DNA of 64,000 bases from Octopus sinensis. Lineage: Eukaryota. Shown here one piece after another: positions 51,501 through 64,000 of this stretch (the first letter of the stretch is position 1; every line of letters begins with the position of its first letter). The notes under the pieces are model-generated. The model was not told the origin of the DNA. It made no database searches and was given only the letters and a program-made list of their open reading frames with translations. The DNA is taken from the NCBI RefSeq assembly GCF_006345805.1, contig NC_042998.1:161262001-161326000 (forward strand), in the 5' to 3' direction. The translations under genes were made by a program, and so were the position numbers.

Positions 51501-51899
51501 TTATATATATATATATTGAACCAATACTTATATTAAATGGAATACTTTGTGGCAATTATTGTTAGTATTTCTAAGACTATATGAAATAGCTGCTGAAGAT
51601 GATTGAAAATCATGCTAAATAATTAATTAGCTAAATAATTCATTGTTTCATGAATCAATGAAGAAAAATAAATGACTAAATACATCAGATAAAAACGAAA
51701 ATATATAAACTACAACATTGAATGATTAAAACATACAGTAATGGTATTTAGTACACAATTATTAGAAATGAAGTTTTTCAAAATTATTTTTCTGATCACT
51801 CTCTCTCTCTCTCTGTCTTACTGATTCTCACTCTCTCTCTTTCATTCTTATTTTGCTCTCTCTTATTTTACTTTCCTTTGTCTTCCCATCCCCATAATC

Positions 51900-52300
51900 A
51901 TTGTCACCTTCAGCATTTTCTATCTCCATCGCATCATCATCATCATCATCAGCATTATTTTGGCTTTCACCTTCACGATTATCAACCTTTTCTTTTCTCC
52001 TCCTCCTCATCCTGCAAAACAACTATGATGATGATCATCATGATGGATCATCATCATCATCATCATCATTATTGTCAACCACCTAATCCTCCTAATCCTC
52101 TTTCCATGCATCATTATCATCATCATCATTATCATCATCAACATCATCTTCATTATTATCATCATCATCATCGTCGTTGAGGTCTTCATCATCATCATCA
52201 TCATCATCATTGTCATCATCATCATCTTCAACATCATTGACATCATCATTATCACAACTGTTTATCATCTTTGTCATTATCTTTATTGATATCTTTTTTT
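51900..52300. repeat. degenerate (CAT)n array
   Basis: direct reading. Confidence 0.9.
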
Positions 52301-53571
52301 ATTTTACTTTTTTTATTTATATCAGCTTAATCAAATTTGTTCATCTCTTCATATCTGTTCAATTGATTTGCGGTATTTTTGTTAGTTTTTGTTTGTGTTT
52401 GCAATGTTTACCATACGATCACTCCTCCCACCCCCTGACACACTCTCTGCTCTATATACCTTAGCTAATCGTTTCTTCTTCTCTTTACCTCTTTCTTCAG
52501 CGCTCCGAGTTTATTCCATTTCATTTCTAACATTACAGAACACATTACTTACACATTTTTTTTTTAGTGGTAAGAATTTGAAATAAATTTCCTCACTGCC
52601 CCACCCTACGTAGCTTTATGGAGACAGGTTCAATTCTAAATCATGTGATTTCAAGTTCTATTGCACTGTGTGGTACCTTGGTGTCTTCTACCATAATCCC
52701 AAGTGGACCAACGTCTTTTGAGTGGAATTGGCAGATGGGAACTGTATGGAAGACCATTGTAAATATGGTGGAATCTTCTATCAACGATGACGTATGAGTG
52801 TTCAGTTTTTGCTGAATAACCTGCATAAATGATTTGCTTATAGTGATCAAATTCTTGTGCGACACATTAGCAAACTCCTTCCATCAAATTGACATTGCTT
52901 GTACAAATGCACAAAGTATGCAGAGCAATGTGATATGGAATGTGTTGCTTAAGAAATTGGGCATTCGATTCCTGATCCAGGGATATATATATATATCATC
53001 AGCATTGTTTGATGGTATGTGCTGGATGGTTTGACAGGAGCTGGCCAGTCATGGCATGGTTTCTACGGCTGGATGTTCTTCATAATGCTAAACACTTTAC
53101 AGTGTGCTGGATGCTTTTTACATGCCACATATACTATGAAATTAAATAAATAGCAAAAAAATTAAAAAAACAAAAAATAGGAAATTAGGCAATGAACTGT
53201 TTTAGCTCACAGTGGTTTCTGCTATAAGATGCAGTGCTCTCAGAGCCACATGCTTGTGTATCATTGGGTGTAAATGCTTTCTCAAATAAACTTGCACTTT
53301 AATTTCATAGTTTCCAGGGAGCAATAAGGTGATGCACAAGAACTCAGTTCTCAGTGCATTATATCTTACAGCGGAAGCAACTGTAAGCTGTAAGAATTGC
53401 ATAATTTCCTGTTTCATATCGTTTATCTAATTTCATATTATCCTCTTTACTCAACTAATGCCTTATGTATATTGAGTTCTAACTCTAGATTAATAGCATC
53501 ACTATGCCTAAGTGAAATATTTATATATGTATATATATGTATATGTGTGTGTATGTGTGCATGTGTATATA

Positions 53572-53581
53572 GATAGATAGG

Positions 53582-53648
<67 letters not shown>

Positions 53649-53649
53649 G

Positions 53650-53722
<73 letters not shown>
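53572..53722. repeat. (GATA)n array
   Basis: direct reading. Confidence 0.95.
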
Positions 53723-54251
53723 CACTTTCATCAGATGATACATAACATTTCAAAACAATATAAGAACAGCACTTTACCACAGTGGGCCAGTTGAACATGA
53801 TTCCAGCCAAAACTGGATTGGAATGAGAGAAACAGCAAAGCTAGGATGACATTAAGAGGTTACTTAATGGGTAGAGCATTCACAGATGATGTAATGTACT
53901 CAATTAAAGAAATCTGCTGGAAACAGCTGTAATGAAGTGACATGTATCCATCATTTTTTTTTAACTATATGTTCATGATACATTCCACTGGAATCCTGAC
54001 ACATCAGATATTCTGGAGTATACCAAATAGTGTACGACCTATACAATGGATACCTTTGGATTAGCCCATAGGCTATTAAAAGACTCATAAGGGTTAAATT
54101 CTCTGTATACACAACCTGAATTTTTTACTGGATGTGCTTTGGCATCCAGGATATTTGTTCAAGTAAGGGTGTTGTTTACAAGTTGATTTCGACCATACCT
54201 GGTGCCTATCATTTAAGTGCCTGGTTGCTTTGAATCCTTCATCCTTTTTAT

Positions 54252-54282
<31 letters not shown>

Positions 54283-54309
54283 TATATATATACATACACA
54301 TACATAGGT

Positions 54310-54625
54310 ATCATCCTCATCATCAACATTTAATGGCATGGGTTGGGTGGATTGACAGGAACTTGCAAGGCCAGGGACCACACCAGGTCTCATAGCCTGT
54401 TTTGGCCTGGTTTCTATAACTAGATGCACTTCCTAATGTTAACTACTTTACAGAGTGTACTGGGTGCATTTTATGTAGCACCATCACCAGTGCTTTTTAC
54501 ATAGCAATGCTTTTTATGCAGTACTTTGATTTTAGGATCTCAGTTCTGTTGTGGTGGGGAATCTTTTTGAGTACAGCAATGTGCCATATATCTCAGTCCT
54601 CTGTCATCTCCTTTGTAAGGTTCAG
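54310..54625 (-). mobile_element. family D copy
   Basis: catcctcatcatc tail, ggcatgggttgggtgg..gcacttcctaatg..cagtcctctgtcatctcc. Confidence 0.8.
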
Positions 54626-55379
54626 CATTTTGAGATCAGCATACATATCCATATATATATATATATATACATACATAAATAGGTATATTTGTACGTATAT
54701 ATGTCTGTGTGATTATGTAAATGGTTACATTCTGTGTCTGAATAAAATAGTGCTGCTATTTTGATATTTTTTATAAACTAATTGTGCTTCTGCACTGTCA
54801 AAGACAAGTGGAATATAAAGCCACTTACTTGAAATGCAGTTTAGGATCAGTAACAGGTGTAAAATAATTCCTCTCTCATACATAGTCATCCAACCCATAC
54901 TAGTATACATAAAACAGACGTAAAATGATTATAAACTAGACAGCTACTTATCTGGTTCTGAAATTATTCTAATAAAGGGATTTGTTCGTCACACCATACA
55001 GTTACATAACGGGTTCTGAAAATTATTCTATATTGTTACTAGTTTTTCATTTCACAGCTTTCATGATCAACAGATTTTCTGTGATATTCATTTTAAAACT
55101 AATACTTGTAGATTAAGCATAAGTATGCGTATCATTGTTGCTTTGATGAATCTCTATGTGAGCATGTGTTTAAATTTTAAGTAAATCAGCTTACAAGAGG
55201 ATTACATCATTTACAATTAATTATTGTTTGAGTGTTTTATTTATTTATTTATTTCATTTATATTTTATTATATTTATCTTTTTATTTCCTATTTTCTATG
55301 AAATCAACTTGAGAAGCTAGAAACCAATAAACTGAAAACTGAGGAAACATAAATAAATGAAAATAAAACAGGAGTGAAT

Positions 55380-55422
55380 CATATACATACATACATACAT
55401 ACTACATACATACATACATACG

Positions 55423-55454
<32 letters not shown>

Positions 55455-55990
55455 TATATGCACATATATATATATGTACATATGTATGCATGTATGTATA
55501 TATGTTTGTATGTATGTATGTATGTATGTAAAGGAAAAAACAAAAATAAAACATTGTTTTGTTTGCTTTTTTTGCAACAAATTAAGCTTACACATAGTTA
55601 ATTATTGATCATTTAGTAATGGTTATGTGTTCTTTTATCTTGTTTATATTATGTGTGTATATAAGCTTGTATATGCATGTATATACATATATACATATGT
55701 ATACATGCAGGCATACATTCATACATATATATATTACATTATATTATATTGTATTATGTGTGTGAGTGTATACATATATATATGTATATGTATGTGTATA
55801 TAGTTTATATATGCTACATATATATATACATATATACACACACATATATATGCAAGTAGATGTATGTGCATGTATATATATATATGTGTGTGTGTGTATT
55901 TGTGTATATATATGTATATTTTTATATATATGTGCACACATTCATGCAAAGACACCCACTCATATGTATGTTTGTATGTATATCTGGGTT
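55380..55990. repeat. compound (CATA)n/(TA)n/(TG)n region
   Basis: direct reading. Confidence 0.85.
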
Positions 55991-56204
55991 TTGCTGGTGT
56001 GTGTGAGAGCAATGGGCTGGTGCATGTATGGAGGTGTGGTATGTTTGCATGCACTGCTAATTATTCTTGGGAAACTTAAATATTCTGTGATTTAAACAAG
56101 TGCAATCAACAAAAATATAAAAACAACTGAAAAACATTAAATTATATTGTTTATTTGGTTTTGATTAGTTTCATTATCTGAGAATATTTTACTTTTTGTA
56201 AGTT

Positions 56205-56266
56205 TTTTATTATTATTATTGTTGTTGTTACTATTACTATTACTATCATTATTATTATTATTATTA

Positions 56267-56328
<62 letters not shown>
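56205..56328. repeat. (TTA)n microsatellite
   Basis: direct reading. Confidence 0.95.
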
Positions 56329-57224
56329 TTGTTACTGATTTCTCCTATTAGATGAGATCAACCTAAAACTTCAGATGTCAGATTTTATTTGTTTGTTGTT
56401 GTTGTTTAGTCCTTGGTCAACTTTGATGAAGAAGACCTACAATCAAAGGAGTTCCAGCCATGACCATCTTGTATTTTTGTATATCTAGGACTGCTCTGCC
56501 CAACTGAAGACTTCAATTTGTATCATCAGTGGCTATCTCAGTGTCAACTACATTTCACTCAGTAGCTTGTGCACTTTACCTGAGTGGGACAGTGAGGACT
56601 AGATTAGTTTTATCTCGGGAAGGGCTCCATCTTTAGCATCTTGTTAACCACAGCCCCTTTGAGCTGGTTTTATTGGCCATGGCTTTCTTCATTTGCTTGG
56701 ATTTCAGACCAGTCTTCTGTAGGGAATGGTGTACTAATCTAACTGGAAAGCCATGAGAACCAGACAGAAAAATATGGATCAACCAGAGCAATTTGAGTCT
56801 AGTCTTTGTGGGATTCCATCAGCAACTGAACACCCTCATTAACAGTTTACAGAAACACTAATTATAAAATACCAATTTCTAAAGGCTTAAATAAATCAAT
56901 TAGACAAGTTTTCTTACTTAACTCTCACTTGGCATCTAACTTGATTAATAAATTATTTGTGTGTTAATAATATTTTGTGTCAGAACTATACTGTTCTTCA
57001 GAATATATCAATAGATTTTAAACCCACAATACTGTATGTATAAGCAGCTGAGAGAACTGTCCATATATACAACATGTTTTAGATACAGTAAAAAGAGAAA
57101 TCAGTTGAACTAATTTCAACCCCACTTTTTTTCTTTTTGAGCATTAGGGTGTTATCTTGGACAAGTGACCATGTTGTGATTCCTTTGTTGACCTGTTTAG
57201 TTGGTTGTTGATTGTTGAATGTAA

Positions 57225-57620
57225 TTAATGATTCTTGTATGGGCATAATACACACAAATGAGGAGCTTGGTTGGAAAACCATCACACCTCATGACTTCCC
57301 ACTGAAGCAAAAGTCACTGAAAAGTCGACAAAGCACACCACGGTGGCCTGCTGATAGCACCAGTGTTGTTCCAGGACTCAGCCTCTTCCTCTTAAGAAAC
57401 TGCATTGGTTTGGCTGGGTTCTTTTGTCATTTACCTCTTGAAAGCATCTTAGGAGAAAGGTGAAGACCTTCGATGCAACATTAATAAGGTTCATGCCCCA
57501 ATAGTTACTGCAAACATGCCTGCCACCTTTCTTATAGAATGGCAAAATGATTGCGACACTCCAATCTTGTGGGATTTCTTTGGATTCTAAGATGTGTAAT
57601 GGAGTGGATTCCAATTTCAT
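57225..57620 (-). mobile_element. RTE-type LINE RT fragment, inverted 5' segment
   Basis: KEIPQDWSVAIILPFYKKG..CSNYWG..ASKVF..QCSFLRGRG..YQQATVVCFVDF (early RT domains). Confidence 0.85.
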
Positions 57621-58330
57621 TACTGTTCAAATGGGTGTTTGCCAAAGTTGGATCCTATCACCCACTCTTTTCATTTTCATCATCAATTGGATACTCAACC
57701 AAGGTCTAGATGGTCTCTCCAGAACCAAGGCAAGATGTGGTTTTTGGTCACTGACCGTTTCTTTGCTGACAACATTGCTACCCTATGGATGCTTATGGTG
57801 ACACCCAACATGCTCTTGATGGGATAAACCTTTCTGCCACAAGAATTGGAATGAAGATCAATGCCTCGAAAATGAAAGTTCTCTCAGCCAACATACCCCA
57901 CTTCCAATAATTACTATTCATCGTTTTCTTTGACTGCATATCTCAGACTGTGCTTCAAATTGACAATGTTATGCTCACTGCGGTCACTTATCTCTTGAGG
58001 GTAACTCTTCTGAAGAGGAGATTATGGTGGTTTGGTCACACTTTGCAGCACCCCATGATGAACTTATGCTGAAGGCAATAGCACCAGATACTCCACTGGG
58101 TTAGTGTAAGTGGAGAGGTGGTCTGCTAAGGAGGTGGTCTGCTAAGGAGGTGGCTCACAGAAGTCAAGACAGATATAGAGCTTGTTTCCAGTCTTTGAAT
58201 CTTTCGCATTCATCGTTGAAATTGGGAATGGTTGCAACCCACTGCAGAATTGACCGCTGACAAGAGCGAAATTAATGATTGATGAGAACACCTCAAAGCC
58301 AAGTCAAACTCTTGATGACTTTTCATTCTA
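57621..58330 (+). mobile_element. RTE-type LINE, later RT domains and 3' end, sense segment
   Basis: GVCQSWILSPTLF (GVRQG..LSP), FFADNIA (FADD-like), RIGMKINASKMKV, then RRRLWWFGH..W..VKTDIE..NWEWL. Confidence 0.8.
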
Positions 58331-58444
58331 CCCAAGTTACTCCACCTGATCAAAGTTTGATCAGGAGCAAAATGGTAACTATACTGACAACAGTAATACA
58401 TCTACTTTAGATCTGTGAACCAAAAATTGTTCTGACTTCAGTTT

Positions 58445-59030
58445 ATAGAATGTGTATAAGTGCGTATGTGTGTGTGTTTGTGTGAGTGAGTGTATGTGTG
58501 TGTAATTGTTTAAGTATGTATGTCAGCAAATGTGCGAGTGTAAGTGCATGTGTGCATAATTCTGTATGTAAGTGAATGGGTATATAAGTGTGTGTGAGTA
58601 TGTGTGAATGTGTGTATGTAAGATGTATGAGAGTGAGAGTGTGTGATATGTGTAATTGTTTGAGCATCAATATAGGTGAATGTATATGTAAATGTGCCTG
58701 CATGTGTGTGAATATGTGTGCATGTGTGCACATGTAAACAATAGTGTATGTATGTGTGGGTGAGTAGGTGTGCATGTGTGTGAGTGTATGTGTCAGTGTG
58801 TGTAGATGTGTATCTATGTGTATTAGTGTCCATTTATAAGTATGTGTGAGTGTGTGCAAGTGCATGAGTGTACTTGAGTGGGAGCTAGCATATGAGTGTG
58901 TATTATGTATTAGCGAATGAATGTGTGGGAGTTTATGTCTACTTGTATGTGTCCGTGAGAGTAAGCACGAATGTGTTAGTGTGAATATGTTTGTGTATGA
59001 GTGTGAGAGTATGTGTATGTGAATGTGCAC
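58445..59030. repeat. long degenerate (TG)n/(TGAG)n low-complexity tract
   Basis: direct reading. Confidence 0.9.
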
Positions 59031-59315
59031 AAATGGTTATGCAGAAGGTTTTATTGATAAAGAGTATTATAGTTAATTGACCTAATTTCAGTGTATTATT
59101 AGGATATATTCTATTGACCCAATTATGGTTGTTGTTGTTGTTGTTGTTATTTAGTCCCAGGTCATCTCTGCTCAAGTAGGCTCATCATCAAAAGCATATA
59201 TTTGTAACTACATAAACACATATAACCATACAGCCATACACACTCACACATCTATGAAGGTATAGATTGATAGATATATGTATGTATATATATATGTGTG
59301 TGTGTGTATGTATGC

Positions 59316-59359
<44 letters not shown>

Positions 59360-59362
<3 letters not shown>

Positions 59363-59662
59363 AATACAAAAATAGGACAAGAAGGCAAAACATCCAGACA
59401 GATGATACAAAGAAAACAAGGACGAGTCATTCGGAGTTTTTTTTTCTCAGTTGAGTTCCAGATTATCTTTGCAATTTCGGCTAGTTATACTTGAGATTGC
59501 TCCAATCTAGCCAGCCCCAAGGAAAAACTAAGCTAAGAGCACTAGATTCCTTGGAAGAAAGCAGCGAATGTTTATGAAAACAAAGATGGAAAAAAACGGA
59601 GAAATCGCACACAAATACAAATAACAGGACATTAATAGCAGATGTCTTTTGACTTAAGACGA
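59360..59662 (-). repeat. repeat family H3 copy flanked by (TA)n on both sides
   Basis: shares ctcaagtataact..aactcaaCTGAG..CTCCGAATGACTCGTC..tgtatcatct with 39989-40170. Confidence 0.6.
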
Positions 59663-60219
59663 ATATATATGTGTATATATATGTATATGTATGTATGTAT
59701 GTACACATATGAATATATAGATATATATATATACACATATAAATGTATAAATATATATGCACACGTAAATACATAGCTATATACACATAAATATATATAG
59801 TACCTACATATATATATATAGAGAGAGAGGGATAGATGGATTGATAGATGAGAAAGAATAAGATAGAAAAAGAGAGAAAGATAATTAGACAGATAGACAG
59901 ATAGGTAGATAGACAGATGTATATATATCGAAAGAAACTGAGTATGTGAAAGAACATGAAATAGCGTGGGTGCAGACATAAATACTGACATATTTCAGGT
60001 ATGACCATCTTGGCTTTTTAGAGCTACCTAGGAGGAAATTATTAAATGTGTCTTTTCCCCTTAAGATAGTTGGTTGAGAGTTAAGAGAGATTTGGCTGTT
60101 ATTTCGTGTGACTGTATAGAAGCTGTCACATCTTGGATATTCTACTGGATCACTGAAGATGAGCCAAGAGGTTGACTGTGTCTTCTTGAAATTACATGGA
60201 CACTTAAAAGCAATAAATT

Positions 60220-60421
60220 CTTTCTTCTAAAGGCACAAGGCCTGAAATTTGGGGTATGGGAACTAGTCAATTACAATGACACCAGTGTTTCACTGGTACT
60301 TAATTTATCGACCCCAAAAGCATGAAAGGCAAAGTCGACCTTGGCAGAATTTGAACTCAGAACGTAGCGATGGGCGAAATACTGCTAAGCATTTCGTCCA
60401 GCATGCTAACGATTCTGCCAG
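60220..60421 (-). mobile_element. SINE family A, relatively young copy
   Basis: atcgaccccaaaagcatgaaaggcaaagtcgaccttggcagaatttgaactcagaacgtag; CpGs retained. Confidence 0.9.
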
Positions 60422-61258
60422 ACATTCTATTGTGTAATATCTACTGGCTGTAGTTTAGTTTTTATAGCCCATTGAATAAATCCTGCTTTATTACAGATAT
60501 CTACTTTATGTAAACCAGAAGGATGGTAAACAAAGTAGGCCTGAACCGAATTTGATTACATCTACCACCCAAAAATCATTATCAGTTGCAACCATGATCC
60601 CCAGGAGTGAGGGTGGTTCTTTTAAGATCTCTGAAGATCAAATACTGTCAGAATGAGCTCCTATTTATTTGTCATCATTTGACATTATCAGTGATCTCCC
60701 AGAAGCCTTTCATAGCATAGCCAATTCTGCAATAGTTAATGAGAGAGAGAGAGAGTGGGGCAGAATCTGCTTTAGTTTCTGACTGGTCCTTTATTTATTA
60801 ATCACCCCCAATTGGATGGAAGAATAACTTGATTTTGGTGGAAATTGAACTCAGAATGTAGAGGGCTAGAACATATACTGCTGCTTTAATGATTCTGCAA
60901 ATTTGCTTGCTTACCACCTAAGAAGATATGTGTTTATATGTGAATAAACAGCATGGGGTGCATGCAAGGGTCCTCAAAACAAAACTGGATCTCCTCCTGT
61001 CAAGAGTTTAGGATAAACCTACCTCGTAGCAGGAAATGCAGATGAGCGCAGCAACATTAAACTCACTCATTCACCAAATGACACATATCCAGAGAAGGTT
61101 TCAAGTAGTGAAAGTGTGGCCAAAGTTTATGGCTGTAACACTTGAGCTGAATATATATATATATACACACACATATATTTTCAAAATGTGACTACGTGTA
61201 GATTGTTGGCAATTTTTTCCTGTCTTCCTTTACTCTTAAACTTTATATATATATAAAC

Positions 61259-61477
61259 CAGTGGTTTTCAACCAGGGTTCCCCGGAACCTTAGGGTTCCG
61301 CCAGTACAGTCCAGGGGTTCCGCAAGAAGTTACAAAATTGCTAAAATCGGCAGTAATTTTTAAGTCTCCTGTGCAGATATGTGTGCATAAGACTGTTAAA
61401 TTATTGCACAGGGGTTCCTCGAGCCAGTGGAATGTTTACTTGGGGTTCCGCTCAAGTAAAAAGTTTGAAAAGCACTG
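61259..61477. mobile_element. hAT-type MITE
   Basis: TIR cagtggttttcaac / gtttgaaaagcactg; perfect 8-bp TSD ATATAAAC at 61251-61258 and 61478-61485. Confidence 0.9.
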
Positions 61478-61624
61478 ATATAAACACACACACACATGTA
61501 TGTATTGAAAAGAAATAATTAAGATTCAGTTGAATTAGGCACTTAGGTTAAGGCACCAAGCCAGTCCGGTATTGTCCACACAGCTCAAAGTTAGGTGAAT
61601 AAAAAGCAAATAAGTAACAAGGAC

Positions 61625-62009
61625 GTCCAGGTATTGGTGCATTATGGCTGTTTCAAGCGGCTCCGTTTAATCAACCAATGCAAACATTACACCAATTTGA
61701 AATAACCCACTTTCTTTGGATGCATAAGACCATATAGGTTTTCAACATACAGGATACTCCATTATAATTCTTTAGCAAATTTTTCATCAGAACTAGAAAA
61801 TAAAAGAATTACATGCCTATTACATGCTTTTATTCTCTAGTTCTGATGAAAACTTTGCTAAAAAAATTATAATGGAGTATCCTGTATGTTGTAAACCCAT
61901 ATGATCCTATGCATCCGAGGAAAGTGGGTTATTTCAAATTGATGTAATGCATGCATTGATTTTTTAAATGTAGCTGCTTGAAATGGCTATAATGCACTAA
62001 TACCTGGAC
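61625..62009. repeat. 385-bp quasi-palindrome (fold-back element)
   Basis: arms about 61625-61810 and 61827-62009 are reverse complements around a spacer of about 16-20 nt. Confidence 0.9.
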
Positions 62010-62039
62010 ACTATTACCATGTTAATTATTTGCTTTTTA

Positions 62040-62520
<481 letters not shown>

Positions 62521-62574
62521 GCAAGTGGTGTCCTTCATTACCAGTCTTCCATGAAAACTATGTTTAGTCAAGGG

Positions 62575-62700
62575 AAAGTATCTCCTTACTTGGGATCAGT
62601 GAGAGAAAAGTCATCTGTCCATAGAAAATCTGCCTCAACAAACTCCATCCAACCCATGTGAGTATGGAAAAGTGGACATTAAAATGATGATGATTATGAT
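62575..62700 (+). mobile_element. family D 3' fragment
   Basis: ccatccaacccatgtgagtatggaaaagtggacattaaaatgatgatgat. Confidence 0.6.
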
Positions 62701-64000
62701 ACAAATGCATACACACACACACACCACACACACACACACATGAATACATGTAGTGAGTAATAATGGATGTTTGTTATATGGTTACAAACAATTTGTAAAA
62801 ACAGTATTTACATTTAATCTTATTTAATAATACAGAATTATCATTTTTTTCTTTTATGTAAAAATGGCAATTACATAAAAGAAAGGGGGTATAAAAAGAA
62901 ATAAAATCACACCAGAATTAAATGACAGCAACAAACAAACAATACCAACAATAATGAAACAGAAATGAGACCAAGAAGTATTAGGTATTTCACGAACATC
63001 ATTTTACCTGAAAATTTGATCAAAAACAGTTGAAATATATTAGAAAAAAATCAAAAATAATAAAAAAACTTTTTTTTAAAATGTCTGAATCTTCCAGACA
63101 TTATTGAAAAAAAGATGCAGGGGGGAAAATGAAGAAAATAAAACATCTTTGCCATAGTTTTATTGAAAAATGTTTTATTTTTTTAAAAACATACTTTGTT
63201 TGAATTGTTCATGTTTTTATGTATGTGTTTATACACATATTATGTGTGTGTGTGTACGTGTGTGTGTTTGTATGTGTGTGTGTTGTGTGTGAGTTTTATG
63301 CGTGTGAGATATGTTATTTAAATTTCAGTACATTTAAGTTCTTAGGCAAAAAATTGTATCTTTCAAAATAATTAAATAAACTGATGTTGTAAAAACCTAA
63401 CGGGAAATGAAACAGCTTTGTAAACCCATGGCAGACATGAACATTAGGAAGTAACAAAATAGTTTCTCTATTGTTTTCTACTGAACTCAGTGAACTTGTG
63501 GGCAAATTATCAACTTGTTGATCGTGTCATTTGTTGAGAAGAATTTAGTTTGGAATATGTCAGAATTTGTTCAATTTTCTGTATTAAACTGAAACTTTTT
63601 CTCAGTTTTTTTATCCGCTTCTTTATATAAGTTTAGTGGGTATAAATACTTTTGTATGTTTTTAAGAATATTTATTTCAGTAAGTTAATCTCACTAGGCT
63701 ATATTTTCCTATTACAATTTTAAGTGGCCTTGTGCTTACCCAAAATGAATCAATATTACAATTCTAAGAATAGATCCTTCTCTCTTTTCTAGAGAAACAA
63801 AGAGGGACCAAAATACTTTTTTTCTTTTTACCAAAGTAGGCTGCTGAGTAATTTTTCTACACTTAATTTTTTGATTTTCTAAATGTACTGATTTATTTGA
63901 TTTCATTTTGTTTTTGTATGTGTGTTTTAATTGTTTAATCAGAGAAAACTTTCTTGTATTCCAATTTTTAAAAAATCAAATTTGAGGCATCAAAATGTTT

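Noticed and set aside
53790-53950. Possible additional LINE 3' remnants (also 8150-8260, 56480-56830, 60960-61140)
   Set aside because: Too degenerate to assign from sequence alone; would need RepeatMasker or tBLASTx.
58124-58160. 16-bp direct repeat gaggtggtctgctaag (two and a half units) as a CRISPR-like array
   Set aside because: No spacers; a simple tandem slip within the LINE 3' region of eukaryotic DNA.

Overview
AT-rich eukaryotic non-coding DNA, very dense in microsatellites ((TA)n, (CA)n, (CATA)n, (GATA)n, (GAT)n) and in four recurring SINE-like families. This repeat landscape resembles a coleoid cephalopod, probably Octopus; the taxon is inferred, not shown by the sequence. No long ORF or nameable host gene is visible, and nearly all ORF-track entries are translated microsatellites. 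Recognisable coding remnants all belong to mobile elements: a Penelope-like GIY-YIG element (6954-7830), an R4/Dong-type RLE LINE (23050-23972), an RTE-type LINE with an inverted 5' segment (57225-58330) and several Tc1/mariner elements. The window also holds hAT- and piggyBac-type MITEs, a Helentron-like non-autonomous element, four long fold-back elements and a CpG-decayed tRNA-Ser(AGA) copy. The most notable signal is a minimal type-I hammerhead ribozyme with an intact catalytic core on the minus strand (47464-47540). Degenerate hammerhead-like motifs occur in other non-coding repeat families that abut (TA)n tracts, suggesting ribozyme-bearing Penelope-derived (retrozyme-like) elements. A few short candidate exons exist on both strands but are low confidence. 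Repeat boundaries were read by eye and are approximate unless a TIR or TSD is quoted.
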